Part shown: positions 63,217 through 63,334 of the stretch, in pieces
Layout: every line of letters starts with the position of its first letter
Numbering within the stretch: position 1 is the first letter of the stretch
DNA from: Acutalibacteraceae bacterium
GTDB lineage: Bacteria; Bacillota; Clostridia; Oscillospirales; Acutalibacteraceae
Direction: 5' to 3'
DNA: 63,334 nucleotides
Assembly: GCA_045658745.1 (NCBI GenBank)
Contig: JAZOVO010000094.1
Location: 1-63,334, forward strand
The notes under the pieces: model-generated
The model's input: only the letters and a program-made list of their open reading frames with translations
Database searches by the model: none
What the model was told of the DNA's origin: nothing
Position numbers and translations under genes: made by a program

Positions 63217-63334
63217 ATGCCAAGGCAAGCAAGAAAAAAGAGCTCAAGCGGAATATATCACGTAATGCTCCGAGGAATAAACAAACAGCAGATTTTTGAG
63301 GACGACGAAGACTGCGAAAAGTTTCTTTGGACAC
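63217..63334 (+). mobile_element. IS200-like Y1 (HUH) transposase, RayT-like, N-terminal fragment (runs off window)
   Basis: MPRQARKKSSSGIYHVMLRGINKQQIFEDDEDCEKFLWT. The GIYHVM(L/V)RG..(Q)IF.DDED..FL N-terminus is typical of COG1943-type transposases. RBS GAGGTGG. Confidence 0.7.

Overview
63.3-kb chromosomal segment from a Firmicutes/Clostridia genome. Gene content and codon usage look Ruminococcus/Oscillospiraceae-like, but the taxon cannot be proven from sequence alone. It holds about 50 protein genes, mostly housekeeping: ung, serA-serC, a metY-like sulfhydrylase, ychF, ldh, trmL, pncB, proS, ileS, dCMP deaminase, dnaX-ybaB-recR, smpB, and gdhA broken by one in-frame TAA. Other content: two secreted clan-A-like glycoside hydrolases, each upstream of a GPH-type symporter (three GPH paralogues carry unusual C-terminal tails); an enoate-reductase plus two-subunit aconitase-X operon; a Cys-type sulfatase; a MATE exporter; small XRE regulators. 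RNA genes: SRP RNA directly upstream of dnaX and tmRNA downstream of smpB. I saw no rRNA, tRNA, CRISPR array, prophage or recognisable defence operon. The unusual part is non-coding. Nearly every intergenic region is filled with a mosaic of short hairpin modules: (1) a stop-codon-proximal element in 15 copies, always sense to the gene it follows; (2) MITE-like elements whose terminal inverted repeats are (AAATGC)n arrays; (3) heptamer arrays (AGTAGTC)n and (GGCCCTY)n; (4) GTAG/CTAC-flanked REP-like hairpins; (5) arrays of variable hairpins separated by a constant CATCAT. The window ends in the N-terminus of an IS200-like Y1 (RayT-like) transposase next to ssrA. The best candidate for something undescribed is a ~430-nt conserved non-coding core in four co-oriented copies. 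Each copy lies between convergent terminators, the copies differ by compensatory hairpin substitutions, and a conserved stem closes a 66-69-nt hypervariable arm. Other leads: an inverted-repeat-flanked 223-bp segment (candidate inverton) upstream of a tiny Cys/Gly/Asn-rich membrane peptide, and the hairpin array in the tmRNA leader. All coordinates and alignments were done by eye; nothing was searched against a database.
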